Assembly: GCA_023137595.1 (NCBI GenBank)
Contig: JAGLOZ010000002.1
Location: forward strand, 1 to 63,358
Reading direction: 5' to 3'
Length of the DNA: 63,358 bases
DNA from: Minisyncoccota bacterium
Lineage (GTDB): Bacteria; Patescibacteriota; Minisyncoccia; JAHIHE01; JAGLIN01
Below, piece by piece: positions 27,827 to 37,527 of this stretch (within the stretch, counting starts at the first letter, position 1; every line of letters begins with the position of its first letter). Position numbers and translations under genes: made by a program. The notes beneath the pieces were generated by a model. That model searched no databases. It was not told where the DNA came from and saw only the letters and a list, made by a program, of their open reading frames with translations.

Positions 27827-28657
27827 TTAACTCTTAATAGCTACAAATATTTTTTCAATTCTATTAATATCCACAAACATATTTACCCCCGCAGATTTAA
27901 AAACTTTATTCGCGGATTCTTTTATGTCTGAGATCTTTCCTATTATCAAGCCCTTAGGAACCTTATCTTCTAATCCGGAAGTTATGATCAAATCACCCAC
28001 AGCAAGCTCCTCCGACTGATTGATCATTTCCAGCTTCACTCCCGTCGCATAACTGCCTTTAACGACTCCATTCGCCCGACTAGTTTGAGTTATAGAATTA
28101 ATAGAACTTTTTGAGTCTGTTATCAGCATAACCTTTGAAGAATTGTCAAATACTTCTATAATTTTTCCAATTAACAATCCCCCGGACGCGACAACAGACT
28201 GTCCGTCTTGAATGCCATTACTTCTTCCCAGATCAATAAAAATATGCTTTCCGAAATTGCTAGGATCCCTTCCTATAACATCAGCCATTTTCCATTCAAT
28301 GCAAACTCCTTCGGAACAACTGCTCTCAGAAAACTTGATTTGCTTTCTTAAGATTTCGTTTTCTCTTTGAACCTCTTTCAATTCCGAAATCTCATAAGTC
28401 ATCTTTAAATTTTCCTCTTTAAGTTCCACGTTCTCCACTTTAAATTTATCTATACTTTTTAGCGTCCAGAAGAATTCATTCACTTCATTAGACGATAATT
28501 GAAACATTTTTCCAACAGGACTTGTAAAATATACTGTATAATTTTTTACCTGATCCAAATACCCGATCTTATTTAAAAAAATTAGCAGTACCGCAACTAC
28601 TAACAGAAAGATAAAGGTTACTATTTTTGTATTAATTTCTTTATTCATAAAAGTCAT
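27827..28657 (-). CDS. mreC: rod shape-determining protein MreC
   Basis: N-terminal TM helix, coiled coil and beta-rich C-terminus. Positioned after mreB. Confidence 0.8.
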   Translation of the reverse strand: MTFMNKEINTKIVTFIFLLVVAVLLIFLNKIGYLDQVKNYTVYFTSPVGKMFQLSSNEVNEFFWTLKSIDKFKVENVELKEENLKMTYEISELKEVQRENEILRKQIKFSESSCSEGVCIEWKMADVIGRDPSNFGKHIFIDLGRSNGIQDGQSVVASGGLLIGKIIEVFDNSSKVMLITDSKSSINSITQTSRANGVVKGSYATGVKLEMINQSEELAVGDLIITSGLEDKVPKGLIIGKISDIKESANKVFKSAGVNMFVDINRIEKIFVAIKS

Positions 28658-28660
28658 TTT

Positions 28661-28800
28661 AACATACTAACATTTTAACACACTAACATAGTTTTATTTT
28701 AATATTGACTTGATATTGTTCTAATTGCAATTTTTATAAATTATTTATTTTGCAATAAACCATTTTTTTCGCTTGTTAAAATGTTAATATGTTAGTATGT
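28661..28800. repeat. imperfect inverted repeat (family H words gttaaaatgttagtatgtt)
   Basis: aacatactaacattttaaca versus tgttaaaatgttaatatgttagtatgtt. Related words abut the start codon of the 53639-54544 gene and occur at 32281-32321. Confidence 0.5.
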
Positions 28801-28808
28801 TTATATGA

Positions 28809-29861
28809 TCACTGCGGAGCTTTTTCGTTTCCTAAAGATACTAGTATTTCTTTCAACCTTTCTACGTCTTCTAAGACAATTCCGGCACCGCGAGCCACGG
28901 CAGTAAGAGGATCATCCGCCAGCTTTACAGGCATTTTTGTTTGTTCATTGATTAATATATCCAAACCGCGAAGCATTCCTCCTCCTCCAACAAGAATTAT
29001 GCCTCTAGTCATTATGTCGGCCACAAGCTCAGGAGGAGTTTCTTCTATTGTCGCTTTTATGTTATCAACTAAAATTTTTACAGACCTTGACAGAGCTCTG
29101 CGAATTTGTTCATCACTTATTAGAACTTCTTTAGGAAGACCGGTCACAAGGTCTCTGCCGCGCATTGTCATTTCCATTTTTTCTTCTTGAGGATAAGCTG
29201 ATCCTATCGCAATTTTGATATTTTCAGCTGTTTTCTCTCCCAAAAGCAAATTAGCTTCGTCCCTTGAAAATTGGACTATATTTTCATTAAGCTCGTCCCC
29301 GGCAATTCTAAGGCTCCTGCTTGCGACAATTCCTCCTAAGGATATCACAGCGACTTCTGTTGTTCCTCCTCCTATGTCGACGATCATATTCCCTGCCGCC
29401 TCCTGTACGGGAAGACGAACTCCAATAGCCGCTGCCATTGGTTCTTCAATCAAATATGCCTCTCTCGCTCCAGCGCTTATAGTTGCGTCAATCACAGCCT
29501 TTTTTTCAACTTCAGTAACACCTGACGGAACACCGATAACAACTCTCGGACGAGGCAAAAAAGCAAATGACTCTTTATGGACTTTTTCAATAAAATATTT
29601 AAGCATTTGCTCGGTAACTTCAAAATCAGAAACCACGCCATCAACGAGCGGACGCGTTGCAACAATATGCGCGGGTGTTTTACCAACCATTTTTTTTGCC
29701 TCTTTCCCAATTGCAAGGATCCTTCCGGTTTTCTTGTTAATAGCAACTACAGAAGGTTCATTTATAACGATCCCCTTGCCCTTAACATAAACAAGGGTAT
29801 TAGCAGTACCCAAGTCTATTCCGATGTCATGGCTGAGATAGCCGAAAAGTTTATTGAACAT
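28809..29861 (-). CDS. mreB: rod shape-determining protein MreB
   Basis: DIGIDLGTANTLVY, GGGTTEVAV and VGGGGMLRGLD actin-fold motifs. Confidence 0.95.
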   Translation of the reverse strand: MFNKLFGYLSHDIGIDLGTANTLVYVKGKGIVINEPSVVAINKKTGRILAIGKEAKKMVGKTPAHIVATRPLVDGVVSDFEVTEQMLKYFIEKVHKESFAFLPRPRVVIGVPSGVTEVEKKAVIDATISAGAREAYLIEEPMAAAIGVRLPVQEAAGNMIVDIGGGTTEVAVISLGGIVASRSLRIAGDELNENIVQFSRDEANLLLGEKTAENIKIAIGSAYPQEEKMEMTMRGRDLVTGLPKEVLISDEQIRRALSRSVKILVDNIKATIEETPPELVADIMTRGIILVGGGGMLRGLDILINEQTKMPVKLADDPLTAVARGAGIVLEDVERLKEILVSLGNEKAPQ

Positions 29862-29870
29862 ATAAAAAAC

Positions 29871-29905
29871 GAATTTAGAATTTAGAATTTAGAATTTAGA
29901 ATAAA
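29871..29905. repeat. 4 x 8-bp tandem repeat gaatttag, 9 nt upstream of the mreB start codon
   Basis: Direct reading. The gene-sense sequence is TTCTAAATTCTAAATTCTAAATTCTAAATTCGTTTTTTATATG. Confidence 0.85.
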
Positions 29906-29929
29906 AATTCTACATTAAAAATTCAAGAT

Positions 29930-31168
29930 TCAAAATTCAAGATTCATTATTTTATCAATTCCAATTAATTCAAACCCATCCGCATCTCTCTTCTTTATCT
30001 CAATACTTCTTTTCTCTATGGTTTTTTTGCTAACCACAATTCGGAGCGGGATTCCGATCAAATCCGAATCTTTGAACTTTACTCCGGCAGATTCGTTACG
30101 GTCATCATATAATACTTCAATTTTCTCTTTTTGTAAAGAATCATATATCTTTTCAGCTTCCGCGATAACATTATCATCATTTCCCAAAGATACTAAATGA
30201 ACTTGATACGGAGCAATTGATTCCGGCCAAATTATGCCGTTTTCGTCGTTCAAGAGTTCTACGATCGTTCCCATTAAACGCGATGGTCCAATTCCATAAC
30301 AACCCATTAAAACCAAATTCTCTTCGCCTTTTTTATCTAAGAACTTAAAATTAAAAGCTTCGGTAAATTTTGTTTTTAGCTTGAATATGTTTCCTGTTTC
30401 AATCGCCTTATCTTCTTCTAAATTTTCATTTCCGCATTCCGGACAGCGATTTTTAACTTCATCAATTATTTCTTTATTAACGGCTACTTTACATTTATCA
30501 CAGATGTAAATTGTATCCTCACCGGCAGAAGATAAGGTCTGAAATTCATGGGAATATTTACTGAAATCTCCTCCCGAAGCAAAGGTTAAATAAGTTTTAT
30601 TTTTTATTCCAACTCTATCAAAAATTTTAAAATATGCTTCCTTTGCCAGATCGTAAAATTTATTTAGGTCTTCTTCGCCGACATGAAATGAATATAGATC
30701 TTTCATTGAAAATTCTCGCCCGCGAAGCACTCCGGATTTCGCTCTCTTTTCGCTTCTAAACTTGGTTTGAATTTGATAAACAGAAAATGGAAAGTCCTTA
30801 TACGATCTTATATATTTTTTTGCAAGCGGAGTCACGACTTCTTCGTGTGTCCACCCAAGTCCATATTCTTTATCAAAAAACGTTTTGACCTTCATCATCA
30901 CGTCAACATCCCACCTCCCGGTTGTTTGCCAATCCTTTTTATTCTGAAGCGCCGGCATAAGAATTTCTTGCCCCCCGATCGCATCCATTTCTTCACGGAT
31001 TATATTCTCAATTTTTGTAAGCACTCTTTTGCCAAGAGGCAAATAGGTATAAACTCCCGCCATTAATTTATCAACAAAACCGCCCCTAATCAAAAGCCGA
31101 GCGTTTATGCTCGTTTCATCCTTTGGAACTTCATAGGTGGTTTTTCCGAAAAGCTGTGATTGTTTCAT
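29930..31168 (-). CDS. proS: prolyl-tRNA synthetase, short form without the INS editing domain
   Basis: Class II motifs (FRSEKRAKSGVLRGREFSMKD; GCYGIGPSR). CDKCK...CPECG zinc-ribbon insert. C-terminal anticodon-binding domain. Confidence 0.85.
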   Translation of the reverse strand: MKQSQLFGKTTYEVPKDETSINARLLIRGGFVDKLMAGVYTYLPLGKRVLTKIENIIREEMDAIGGQEILMPALQNKKDWQTTGRWDVDVMMKVKTFFDKEYGLGWTHEEVVTPLAKKYIRSYKDFPFSVYQIQTKFRSEKRAKSGVLRGREFSMKDLYSFHVGEEDLNKFYDLAKEAYFKIFDRVGIKNKTYLTFASGGDFSKYSHEFQTLSSAGEDTIYICDKCKVAVNKEIIDEVKNRCPECGNENLEEDKAIETGNIFKLKTKFTEAFNFKFLDKKGEENLVLMGCYGIGPSRLMGTIVELLNDENGIIWPESIAPYQVHLVSLGNDDNVIAEAEKIYDSLQKEKIEVLYDDRNESAGVKFKDSDLIGIPLRIVVSKKTIEKRSIEIKKRDADGFELIGIDKIMNLEF

Positions 31169-31284
31169 AGGGGTTGACAGATTAACAATTATATGATATG
31201 ATGATAAGTCTTAGTTTCATCATTATTATTATAAAAATTTACAGAGGGGATGAAATTAGGAAAATATCCTGGAGGGGATAATAT

Positions 31285-31527
31285 ATGGAAGAAATTAATA
31301 CAGAATCGATTTACAGCTTAGTACAAAGGTCAATAGCAAAAGCAAATAAATTTAATTCTCCGGATAGCATGAAAATGGTAGCTGTTCTGGAAGAAAAAGA
31401 CTCAGTAGAAACAATGCATCTGCTAAACAACGAATTAAAAAACAGGACAGGGTACCAGATGGCTTCAACAAAAGACATAACAGTAAACGGAAGCCTAACA
31501 ACAATTTTTCTAACAAAGACAAGATAA
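31285..31527 (+). CDS. hypothetical protein (80 aa)
   Basis: Promoter TTGACA-17-TATGAT (about 31176-31204), GGAGGGGA SD, and a terminator at 31540-31575. Confidence 0.5.
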   Translation: MEEINTESIYSLVQRSIAKANKFNSPDSMKMVAVLEEKDSVETMHLLNNELKNRTGYQMASTKDITVNGSLTTIFLTKTR

Positions 31528-31539
31528 TACTTTGTTAGT

Positions 31540-31575
31540 ATCCAGCTTTTCTTTCGGAAAGCTGGATTTTCTCTT
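31540..31575 (+). terminator. rho-independent terminator
   Basis: ATCCAGCTTT-tctttcgg-AAAGCTGGAT followed by TTTCTCTTT. Confidence 0.75.
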
Positions 31576-31920
31576 TCTAGCGCCTCTCTGGTTCGGTGTC
31601 TTCCTTATTGATTCAGCGTCTCTGACCTGAACTTTTTTTTACATCATCTTTCGGAATTTATCACTGAACTAAATTCAGCGCAAGCTCTTCAGGGTTTCAT
31701 TTTTGATTTGCGACAACCTTGAAGCCATCAAAGGGTAAATTTCTATTTTGATCCTACTATTTTATTCTGCGCGAGAACAAGATTGTCCCGAGTAGTCGGG
31801 ATTTCTTTTGTTTTGAAATTTCATCTATTGCTGTTCCCTATAACAATAATCCTCGCTCTATGATTTTCTAATCTATTTTCCTGTCTCCAACAAACAAATG
31901 TATTCTTGTTAATTTAATGT

Positions 31921-32067
31921 ATAGGAATTCCAATATCACGGAATCCTGACGAGAGTCAGGAAGAAGCATCACAATTCTTTTGAAATTCACTAATCTTTCT
32001 TATGAACGCAAAATCTTGCGTTCCTACTCACTTTCGTGAGGACTCCAATTCGCGTTTTGCGTATGCG
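31921..32067. repeat. intergenic repeat family B (inverted orientation)
   Basis: ataggaatt...cctgacgagagtcaggaagaag.atcacaattcttttgaaattc...acgcaaaatcttgcgtt...gaggactcc. Confidence 0.75.
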
Positions 32068-32098
32068 TGAAACATAATTTCTAGGTCTCCCAACCTTT

Positions 32099-32266
32099 TT
32101 AGAACTTGATCTTTTCTATTCCATCTAAAACCGAACCAATTTTCTTTTCTATTCCATCTTCCAACTTACTAGCTTCATCTTTGATCTCGCTTTTCAGTCC
32201 CTTAAATCCATTTTGCTTTATTCCGTCCCATTTATCCAGAATCGTTTTGTCGTTTTTATTTTCCAT
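32099..32266 (-). CDS. hypothetical small protein (55 aa; MENKNDKTILDKWDGIKQNGFKGLK...DGIEKIKF)
   Basis: Hand translation; below the ORF-track cutoff. It lies directly downstream of rseP on the same strand and has no SD. Confidence 0.35.
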   Translation of the reverse strand: MENKNDKTILDKWDGIKQNGFKGLKSEIKDEASKLEDGIEKKIGSVLDGIEKIKF

Positions 32267-32321
32267 ATTTTTCTATTTTAAATATGTTAATATGTTTAGA
32301 TGTTAACATGTTAGAATGATT

Positions 32322-33434
32322 CTACCCAAACAATCCCATAACCTTTCCCCAAACATCCAGCTTCGCGATATCCTTAAATGTGACAACTAACATCAAGAGC
32401 ATCAAGAGCATAAAACCCACATTATTTACCTTTGCTTCCCAGATCTGATTTATCGGCGATCCTTTTATTTTTTCAACGATCAAAAATACCAATCTTCCTC
32501 CGTCAAGAGCTGGAAACGGAAGAGCGTTTATAATCGCAAGATTAATGCTTATGAGCGCCGTAAAATTCAAAACAGCTATAATGCCAAGTGATGCCGCTTG
32601 CTCGGTCATCATTGCGATGCCAACAGGACCTGAAACTTCAATAGCTGTTTTTCCAGTTGTAAAAAGGCTCCACAAAATCCCGGCAAACGCAGTAATGATA
32701 AACATTGTCAAGAATACGGTCCATTCATATCCTTTCTTTATAGCCTCAAGAAAAGGAAAAGAAACATTAGCGGTATTCACAAGAGACACACCCATAGCTC
32801 CTTCATTTTCAGGATACTTTTCTCTTGGAACTACTTCTCTAACACTGATTTCTTTGTTCCTTGAAACGGTCAATGCCACAGTTTCACCAAGATTATCTTT
32901 CGTGTAATTTTGCAGATCCTTTATGCTTTTGATCTCTTTTTCATCCGCTTTCAAAACCACATCTCCCAACTGAAGCCCGACATCATGAGCTGGAGTTCCT
33001 TCCAGAACTTCAGAGATCGCAACCTGTTCATTTTCCACGCTTCTGGCTTTAGACAGATCCTCTCCCTCAATGCTCATCGGAGCGCCTGCCATAAAAATTA
33101 TGCTAAATATCACAAAAGCCATAAAAAAATTCATTAGCACACCCGCTGAAATTATCTGGAATCTTTGACTTATACTTTTTGAAGAAAAACTTCTCGGATC
33201 GTTTTTTTCTTCACCGTCTTCACCAACAATTTTACAATAACCGCCCAAAGGCACCCAGTTTAATCTATATTCTGTTTCCCCTTTTTTAAATCCAAAGATC
33301 TTTGGCGGAAAACCCAGAGCAAATTCTTCAACTTTCACGCCATAAAGCTTAGCCATAAAAAAATGACCCAGTTCATGAAAAAAAACTATAACCCCGAGTA
33401 TCAATAAAAATAGAATTATTGTGGTTAATATCAT
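32322..33434 (-). CDS. rseP: RIP metalloprotease RseP (M50 site-2 protease with PDZ)
   Basis: FFHELGHFFMAK, a PDZ-like middle region, and the NALPFPALDGGR motif. Confidence 0.9.
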   Translation of the reverse strand: MILTTIILFLLILGVIVFFHELGHFFMAKLYGVKVEEFALGFPPKIFGFKKGETEYRLNWVPLGGYCKIVGEDGEEKNDPRSFSSKSISQRFQIISAGVLMNFFMAFVIFSIIFMAGAPMSIEGEDLSKARSVENEQVAISEVLEGTPAHDVGLQLGDVVLKADEKEIKSIKDLQNYTKDNLGETVALTVSRNKEISVREVVPREKYPENEGAMGVSLVNTANVSFPFLEAIKKGYEWTVFLTMFIITAFAGILWSLFTTGKTAIEVSGPVGIAMMTEQAASLGIIAVLNFTALISINLAIINALPFPALDGGRLVFLIVEKIKGSPINQIWEAKVNNVGFMLLMLLMLVVTFKDIAKLDVWGKVMGLFG

Positions 33435-33517
33435 ATTTATAACATTTAATTAGTAATGAATGGCAAACAAAATCAGGCATAAAAATGGGTTTAGTTTCGC
33501 CTTAAATAGTTTTTAAG

Positions 33518-33635
33518 TTCAAATTACAAATCTCAAATTATTCCAAATCAAATCCAAAACTCAAATGTTAAATTATTTTTAGACGTTTGGATTTTGAGCT
33601 TGCTTTGGAACAATTTGGATTTTGATATTTAGATT
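33518..33635. repeat. palindromic intergenic repeat, family E (copy 2)
   Basis: caaattattccaaatcaaatccaaaactcaaat, mirrored by tttggattttgagcttgctttggaacaatttggatttt. Confidence 0.6.
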
Positions 33636-33706
33636 TAAAAATGAATTCTTAGGTTAAATCAATCAATATTTATTGTTGTCTAAGTTATCTCTTAATATTT
33701 TATTTC

Positions 33707-34261
33707 TTAAATCGTCATTATTTCCGCTTCCTTCTTCCCCGATGCTTCTTCAAGCTTTTTATTTTCTTCATTTATAACTTTTTGAATATCATCTTGTCCC
33801 CTGAATCTTTCATCCTCGCTAATATCTCCTTCTTTTTCCTTTTTTTTAATCTCTTTCATCGCGTCTTCCCTGCCATTACGAACAGAAATTTTTGCCTCTT
33901 CCAAAAGATCGCGTAAATGCTTTACCAGATCTTTTCTTCTTTCTTCAGTAGGTTGAGGAACTGTGATTCTAATGCTTTCACCGTCATTTATAGGATTAAA
34001 ACCAAGTTGAGCCAGGTTTATTGCTTTTTCAATTTCCTTAAGCTGATTTTTCTCCCAGGGTTTTATAAGGATATTTCTAGCATCAGGAATACTTATTGTA
34101 GATATTTGCTTAAGAGGCGTAGGAGTTCCATAATAATCTACTATGATATCTTCCACAAGAAAAGGAGTTGCTCTTCCCACGCTTAATGACGCGATCTCGC
34201 TTTTGAAATGGCTTTGATTTTTATCAAGTTCCTCTTTCAACGTTCTTATTATATTTTCCAT
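33707..34261 (-). CDS. frr: ribosome recycling factor
   Basis: LSVGRATPFLVEDIIVDYYGTPTPLKQ motif; 184 aa. Confidence 0.9.
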   Translation of the reverse strand: MENIIRTLKEELDKNQSHFKSEIASLSVGRATPFLVEDIIVDYYGTPTPLKQISTISIPDARNILIKPWEKNQLKEIEKAINLAQLGFNPINDGESIRITVPQPTEERRKDLVKHLRDLLEEAKISVRNGREDAMKEIKKKEKEGDISEDERFRGQDDIQKVINEENKKLEEASGKKEAEIMTI

Positions 34262-34306
34262 AAATTTTTAAATTAATTAAGTTTGTAATTAATTAGGTTT
34301 TACAAA

Positions 34307-34455
34307 CAAAGACGCAAAGCGCAGATCGGAGTCCTCATGAGAGTGAGTAGAAACGCAAAATTTTGCGTTCATAAAAAAGATTAGCGAATTTCAAAAGAAT
34401 TGTGATATTTCTTCCTGACTCTCATCAGGATTCCATGAGATTAAAATTCCTATGC
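34307..34455. repeat. intergenic repeat family B
   Basis: caaagacgcaaagcgcagatcggagtcctc...acgcaaaattttgcgtt...gaatttcaaaagaattgtgatatttcttcctgact...aaaattcctatgc. Confidence 0.75.
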
Positions 34456-34481
34456 TTTTAATTATTTTCATCCAAACACAC

Positions 34482-35651
34482 TTAAAAAAATCCTTTTTTC
34501 TTTGGCGGTGGCGGCGGTGGCGGCGGGTCATAGAAAGAACCTACGTAAATTACATCCGAATTTCTATAATCGCTTATCGTATAGCGAACATCCCCTTTGA
34601 TCGGGATATCGTGCATTGACCATGTCATTCCGGCGTTATCACTTTTATACAAAACATTACCAGCTCCGTAATAAACAATATCACCTATCAAACCAATCTG
34701 TTTTATTTGTGGAACCGTACCTATTACTGTTTTTGACGGAGTTATCGTATTTAATTTCTCCCAGCTATTTCCTCCGTCTCTTGAAATAATTACTAAATTT
34801 TTATATGTTATATAAAGAATAAGAGGATTTGCGGGATGCATTGTTATTGAATTGATCGCACCCGCCCTTACTCCACGAACAGATTTAGCCATTTCAGTCC
34901 CTAAATCTTCCCATTCCTTCCCTCTGTCAATTGTTTTTTTAAGGCCAGTTGACAAACGCAAAATTATACCATTATTATTCCAAAAATCGATCAAGATATC
35001 CTTAACCTCCTCTTTTGCTTCAAACCACATTACAGTTTCCCATTCCTTGCCTCTGTTCTCACTTTTTATGAATCCAGCTTGGGCAGTACCTATGTAAATT
35101 ACATTCTGGGATTTTGGATCTATTTCAACTGCGTAAATAGGCTTATTGAGTTCAGAAATTATATGAGACTCAATCCAACTTTTTCCTCCGTCTTCAGTTT
35201 TTAATAATTCTCCGCGGCCATTGTTCAAGGTTGCGACATAAATTATATCAGAATTTCCTTTTTCTATGGCGATATCATAAATCGTCGCAACAGGGCTGAA
35301 TATTCCATTTTCATCAGTTATTTTTTCCCACGAGTCAGCTCCGTTTAAAGATCTATACAAACCATTTGCTGTTGTGCCAAGATATAAAATATTATTATCC
35401 TGCGGATCCATTTTCATACTCAATATTTTTACTCCATCGATCAAACTTCCATCAATAACATCAATTTTATGTTCCCATGTTTTTCCTCTATCAATAGATT
35501 TAAAAACTCCCTGATTATTATTCACAACAACAACATCATCAGCAACAGGCTCTTCTTTGGTCGTGCCTGACAAATTTAGACATCCGGTAAAAGAGGTCAT
35601 TATGATCGCAATAAGCAGAAGAGAAAATATTTTGTTTGTTTTTTTATTCAT
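34482..35651 (-). CDS. BNR/Asp-box repeat lipoprotein (Ycf48/sialidase-like beta-propeller) with a C-terminal poly-Pro tail
   Basis: Lipobox FTGC. Seven SxDxGxxW boxes. It ends PPPPPPPPKKKGFF. Start set to ATG 35651. Confidence 0.75.
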   Translation of the reverse strand: MNKKTNKIFSLLLIAIIMTSFTGCLNLSGTTKEEPVADDVVVVNNNQGVFKSIDRGKTWEHKIDVIDGSLIDGVKILSMKMDPQDNNILYLGTTANGLYRSLNGADSWEKITDENGIFSPVATIYDIAIEKGNSDIIYVATLNNGRGELLKTEDGGKSWIESHIISELNKPIYAVEIDPKSQNVIYIGTAQAGFIKSENRGKEWETVMWFEAKEEVKDILIDFWNNNGIILRLSTGLKKTIDRGKEWEDLGTEMAKSVRGVRAGAINSITMHPANPLILYITYKNLVIISRDGGNSWEKLNTITPSKTVIGTVPQIKQIGLIGDIVYYGAGNVLYKSDNAGMTWSMHDIPIKGDVRYTISDYRNSDVIYVGSFYDPPPPPPPPKKKGFF

Positions 35652-35668
35652 AGTCGAAACTAAATTAA

Positions 35669-36622
35669 TCAAATCTGTAAAAATAAATTTTCAATAGCCA
35701 GTCTGGGATTTACGTTTTTGGTTAAAATATCTCTTTTGGTATTATCTATCAAATTTATATTACTTTTAATTTTTACAACCTTGTTCTTGTTAATGTCATT
35801 TATTTTTTTATATTCCTTCAATAAAACTTTTCTTAAATAAAAAGAATATAAATTTAACAGATCAACGATTTCATTTATTTCTTTTTTTGAAACGATCTCA
35901 GCTTCGTCAAGCCTTTCAATGTCACCTTTTTGAACAAAATTTGAGAAACTATCCAATATACCGATCAATTCTTCAATTTTACCTCCGTCATTTGTAAATT
36001 CTACAATTTTTCCCGGTTTATACCCTGCCAATTCAATGATCTTTTCTACTCTGGATTGATCGCTTATTTTGTTTTTCACAAAATCTTCAAGAACCATTTT
36101 TTTTACCGGCAGAAATTTCAATATTTGACAGCGTGATTTTATGGTATCAAGTAAATTTCCGGAATTGGATGTCAAAAGTATTAAAATCGTTGTGCCACTT
36201 GGCTCTTCCAGTGTTTTTAAAATAGAATTAGCGGCAGATTTACTCATCATATCTGCTTGTTCTATAATCGCCACTTTATATTTTGCCGAATACGGAAAAA
36301 GGCTTAATTTTTTTTGAAGATCCCTAACTTGCTCGATCACTATCTGTTTTTTATCTTCATCTGGACGCAAAACAGCTAAATCTGGGTCTTCTTCAATTTT
36401 ATCTCCATTATCATCGTTGTTGGCTCCATATTTTTGCATGGGATCATTCCGCAAAAGCAATTTACAAAATGCCAACGCAAGCGTTTTCTTGCCAATATGC
36501 TCCGGACCATCAAATAGATAAGCATGAGACAATTTTCCTGTTTTATAGCTTCTTTCCAGCATGTTAACTATTTGTTCATTTCCAATTATTGCATTTTGAA
36601 AAGACATAATTTTCTCATTCAT
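35669..36622 (-). CDS. holB: DNA polymerase III delta' subunit
   Basis: HAYLFDGPEHIGKKTLA and KTLEEP motifs. Confidence 0.8.
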   Translation of the reverse strand: MNEKIMSFQNAIIGNEQIVNMLERSYKTGKLSHAYLFDGPEHIGKKTLALAFCKLLLRNDPMQKYGANNDDNGDKIEEDPDLAVLRPDEDKKQIVIEQVRDLQKKLSLFPYSAKYKVAIIEQADMMSKSAANSILKTLEEPSGTTILILLTSNSGNLLDTIKSRCQILKFLPVKKMVLEDFVKNKISDQSRVEKIIELAGYKPGKIVEFTNDGGKIEELIGILDSFSNFVQKGDIERLDEAEIVSKKEINEIVDLLNLYSFYLRKVLLKEYKKINDINKNKVVKIKSNINLIDNTKRDILTKNVNPRLAIENLFLQI

Positions 36623-36670
36623 AGTTTTAAATTAACACAATTCTACAACTAAAGCAATACTATGTTTTCC

Positions 36671-36774
36671 TGTCATTCCGAAAAATTTTGTATCCGCCAG
36701 CAAGCAGAAAATAAATTTATCCGGAATCCAGCAAGTATTACCGGCGTGTCATTCCTGTGAAGGCAAGAATCCAG
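36671..36774. repeat. palindromic repeat family C (gtcattcc... gaatcc modules)
   Basis: tgtcattccg...ccggaatccag and gtgtcattcctgtgaaggcaagaatccag. Confidence 0.6.
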
Positions 36775-36955
36775 TAAGTTTCAATAAACAATATTTCTCG
36801 TATAATTTTATAAGCAATAAAAACGTTTCATATGATAATTTGAACAAAACGAAATAAACCAGATCCCAAACTTTTTTCTTAAGCTATCGCTTCAGAAAAA
36901 AATCTGGGATGCCAAAAAATATTATTCCGTAATTGAAAATAATTTAGCTCAAAGC

Positions 36956-37384
36956 TCATTTCCCTCCCGTGCTTCCAAATTTTCCATCACCACGTTGCGA
37001 GCCACTTAAATCTTTAGCCTCTTCAAATTCAGCTTCCTCTACTTTTTGGATTAATATTTGAGTTATTTTAGAATTTTTTTCTATTTTATGATCTTTTTTA
37101 CCAAGGTTAACTAAGATAACAACAAATTCTCCTCTATAAGTAGAATCAATAACTCCACCCATTGTTTTAATTCCATGATTTATAGCCAATCCGCTTTTAT
37201 CCCAAAAAAGAGCAACGTATCCTTTGGGAATTTCCATTTTTATGCCAGTCTTAAAACCTTTTCTTTCTCCTGGCTTTAGCGTGTAGTCTTCTTCTGCTGA
37301 ATAGATATCAAGTCCAGCATCTCCTTGATGAGCATAATTAGGAGTTTTTGCATCGCCAATTTTTTGAATTTTAATTTTAATCAT
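36956..37384 (-). CDS. dut: dUTP diphosphatase
   Basis: GDAGLDIYS and RGDGKFGSTG motifs. Its TGA stop falls right after the conserved C-terminal motif. Confidence 0.9.
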   Translation of the reverse strand: MIKIKIQKIGDAKTPNYAHQGDAGLDIYSAEEDYTLKPGERKGFKTGIKMEIPKGYVALFWDKSGLAINHGIKTMGGVIDSTYRGEFVVILVNLGKKDHKIEKNSKITQILIQKVEEAEFEEAKDLSGSQRGDGKFGSTGGK

Positions 37385-37527
37385 AAGATTTATTTATTAT
37401 TTTTTTATTGTACTAGGAACAATATTTTTATTTTTTTAATTATAAAACATGAACTATTACCCCTTTAACGACAACCAACTATTCATTAATTTTTTCATCA
37501 ACAATTTTTATAATTCTATTATGAATT

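Noticed and set aside
31940-31975. Hammerhead-ribozyme-like CUGA(U/C)GAG word in family B repeats (cctgacgagagtcaggaagaa; rev-comp of 34419-34440 reads CCTGATGAGAGTCAGGAAGAAA).
   Set aside because: The CUGA is consumed by a simple CCTGA/TCAGG hairpin, and no stem II / GAAA / stem III arrangement follows. The word is not conserved in copies 1, 4 and 5.
34495-34530. GC-rich ggcggtggcggcggtggcggcggg run as a possible regulatory G-tract or repeat.
   Set aside because: It is simply the coding sequence for the C-terminal PPPPPPPP tail of the BNR lipoprotein. It was noted but needs no extra explanation.
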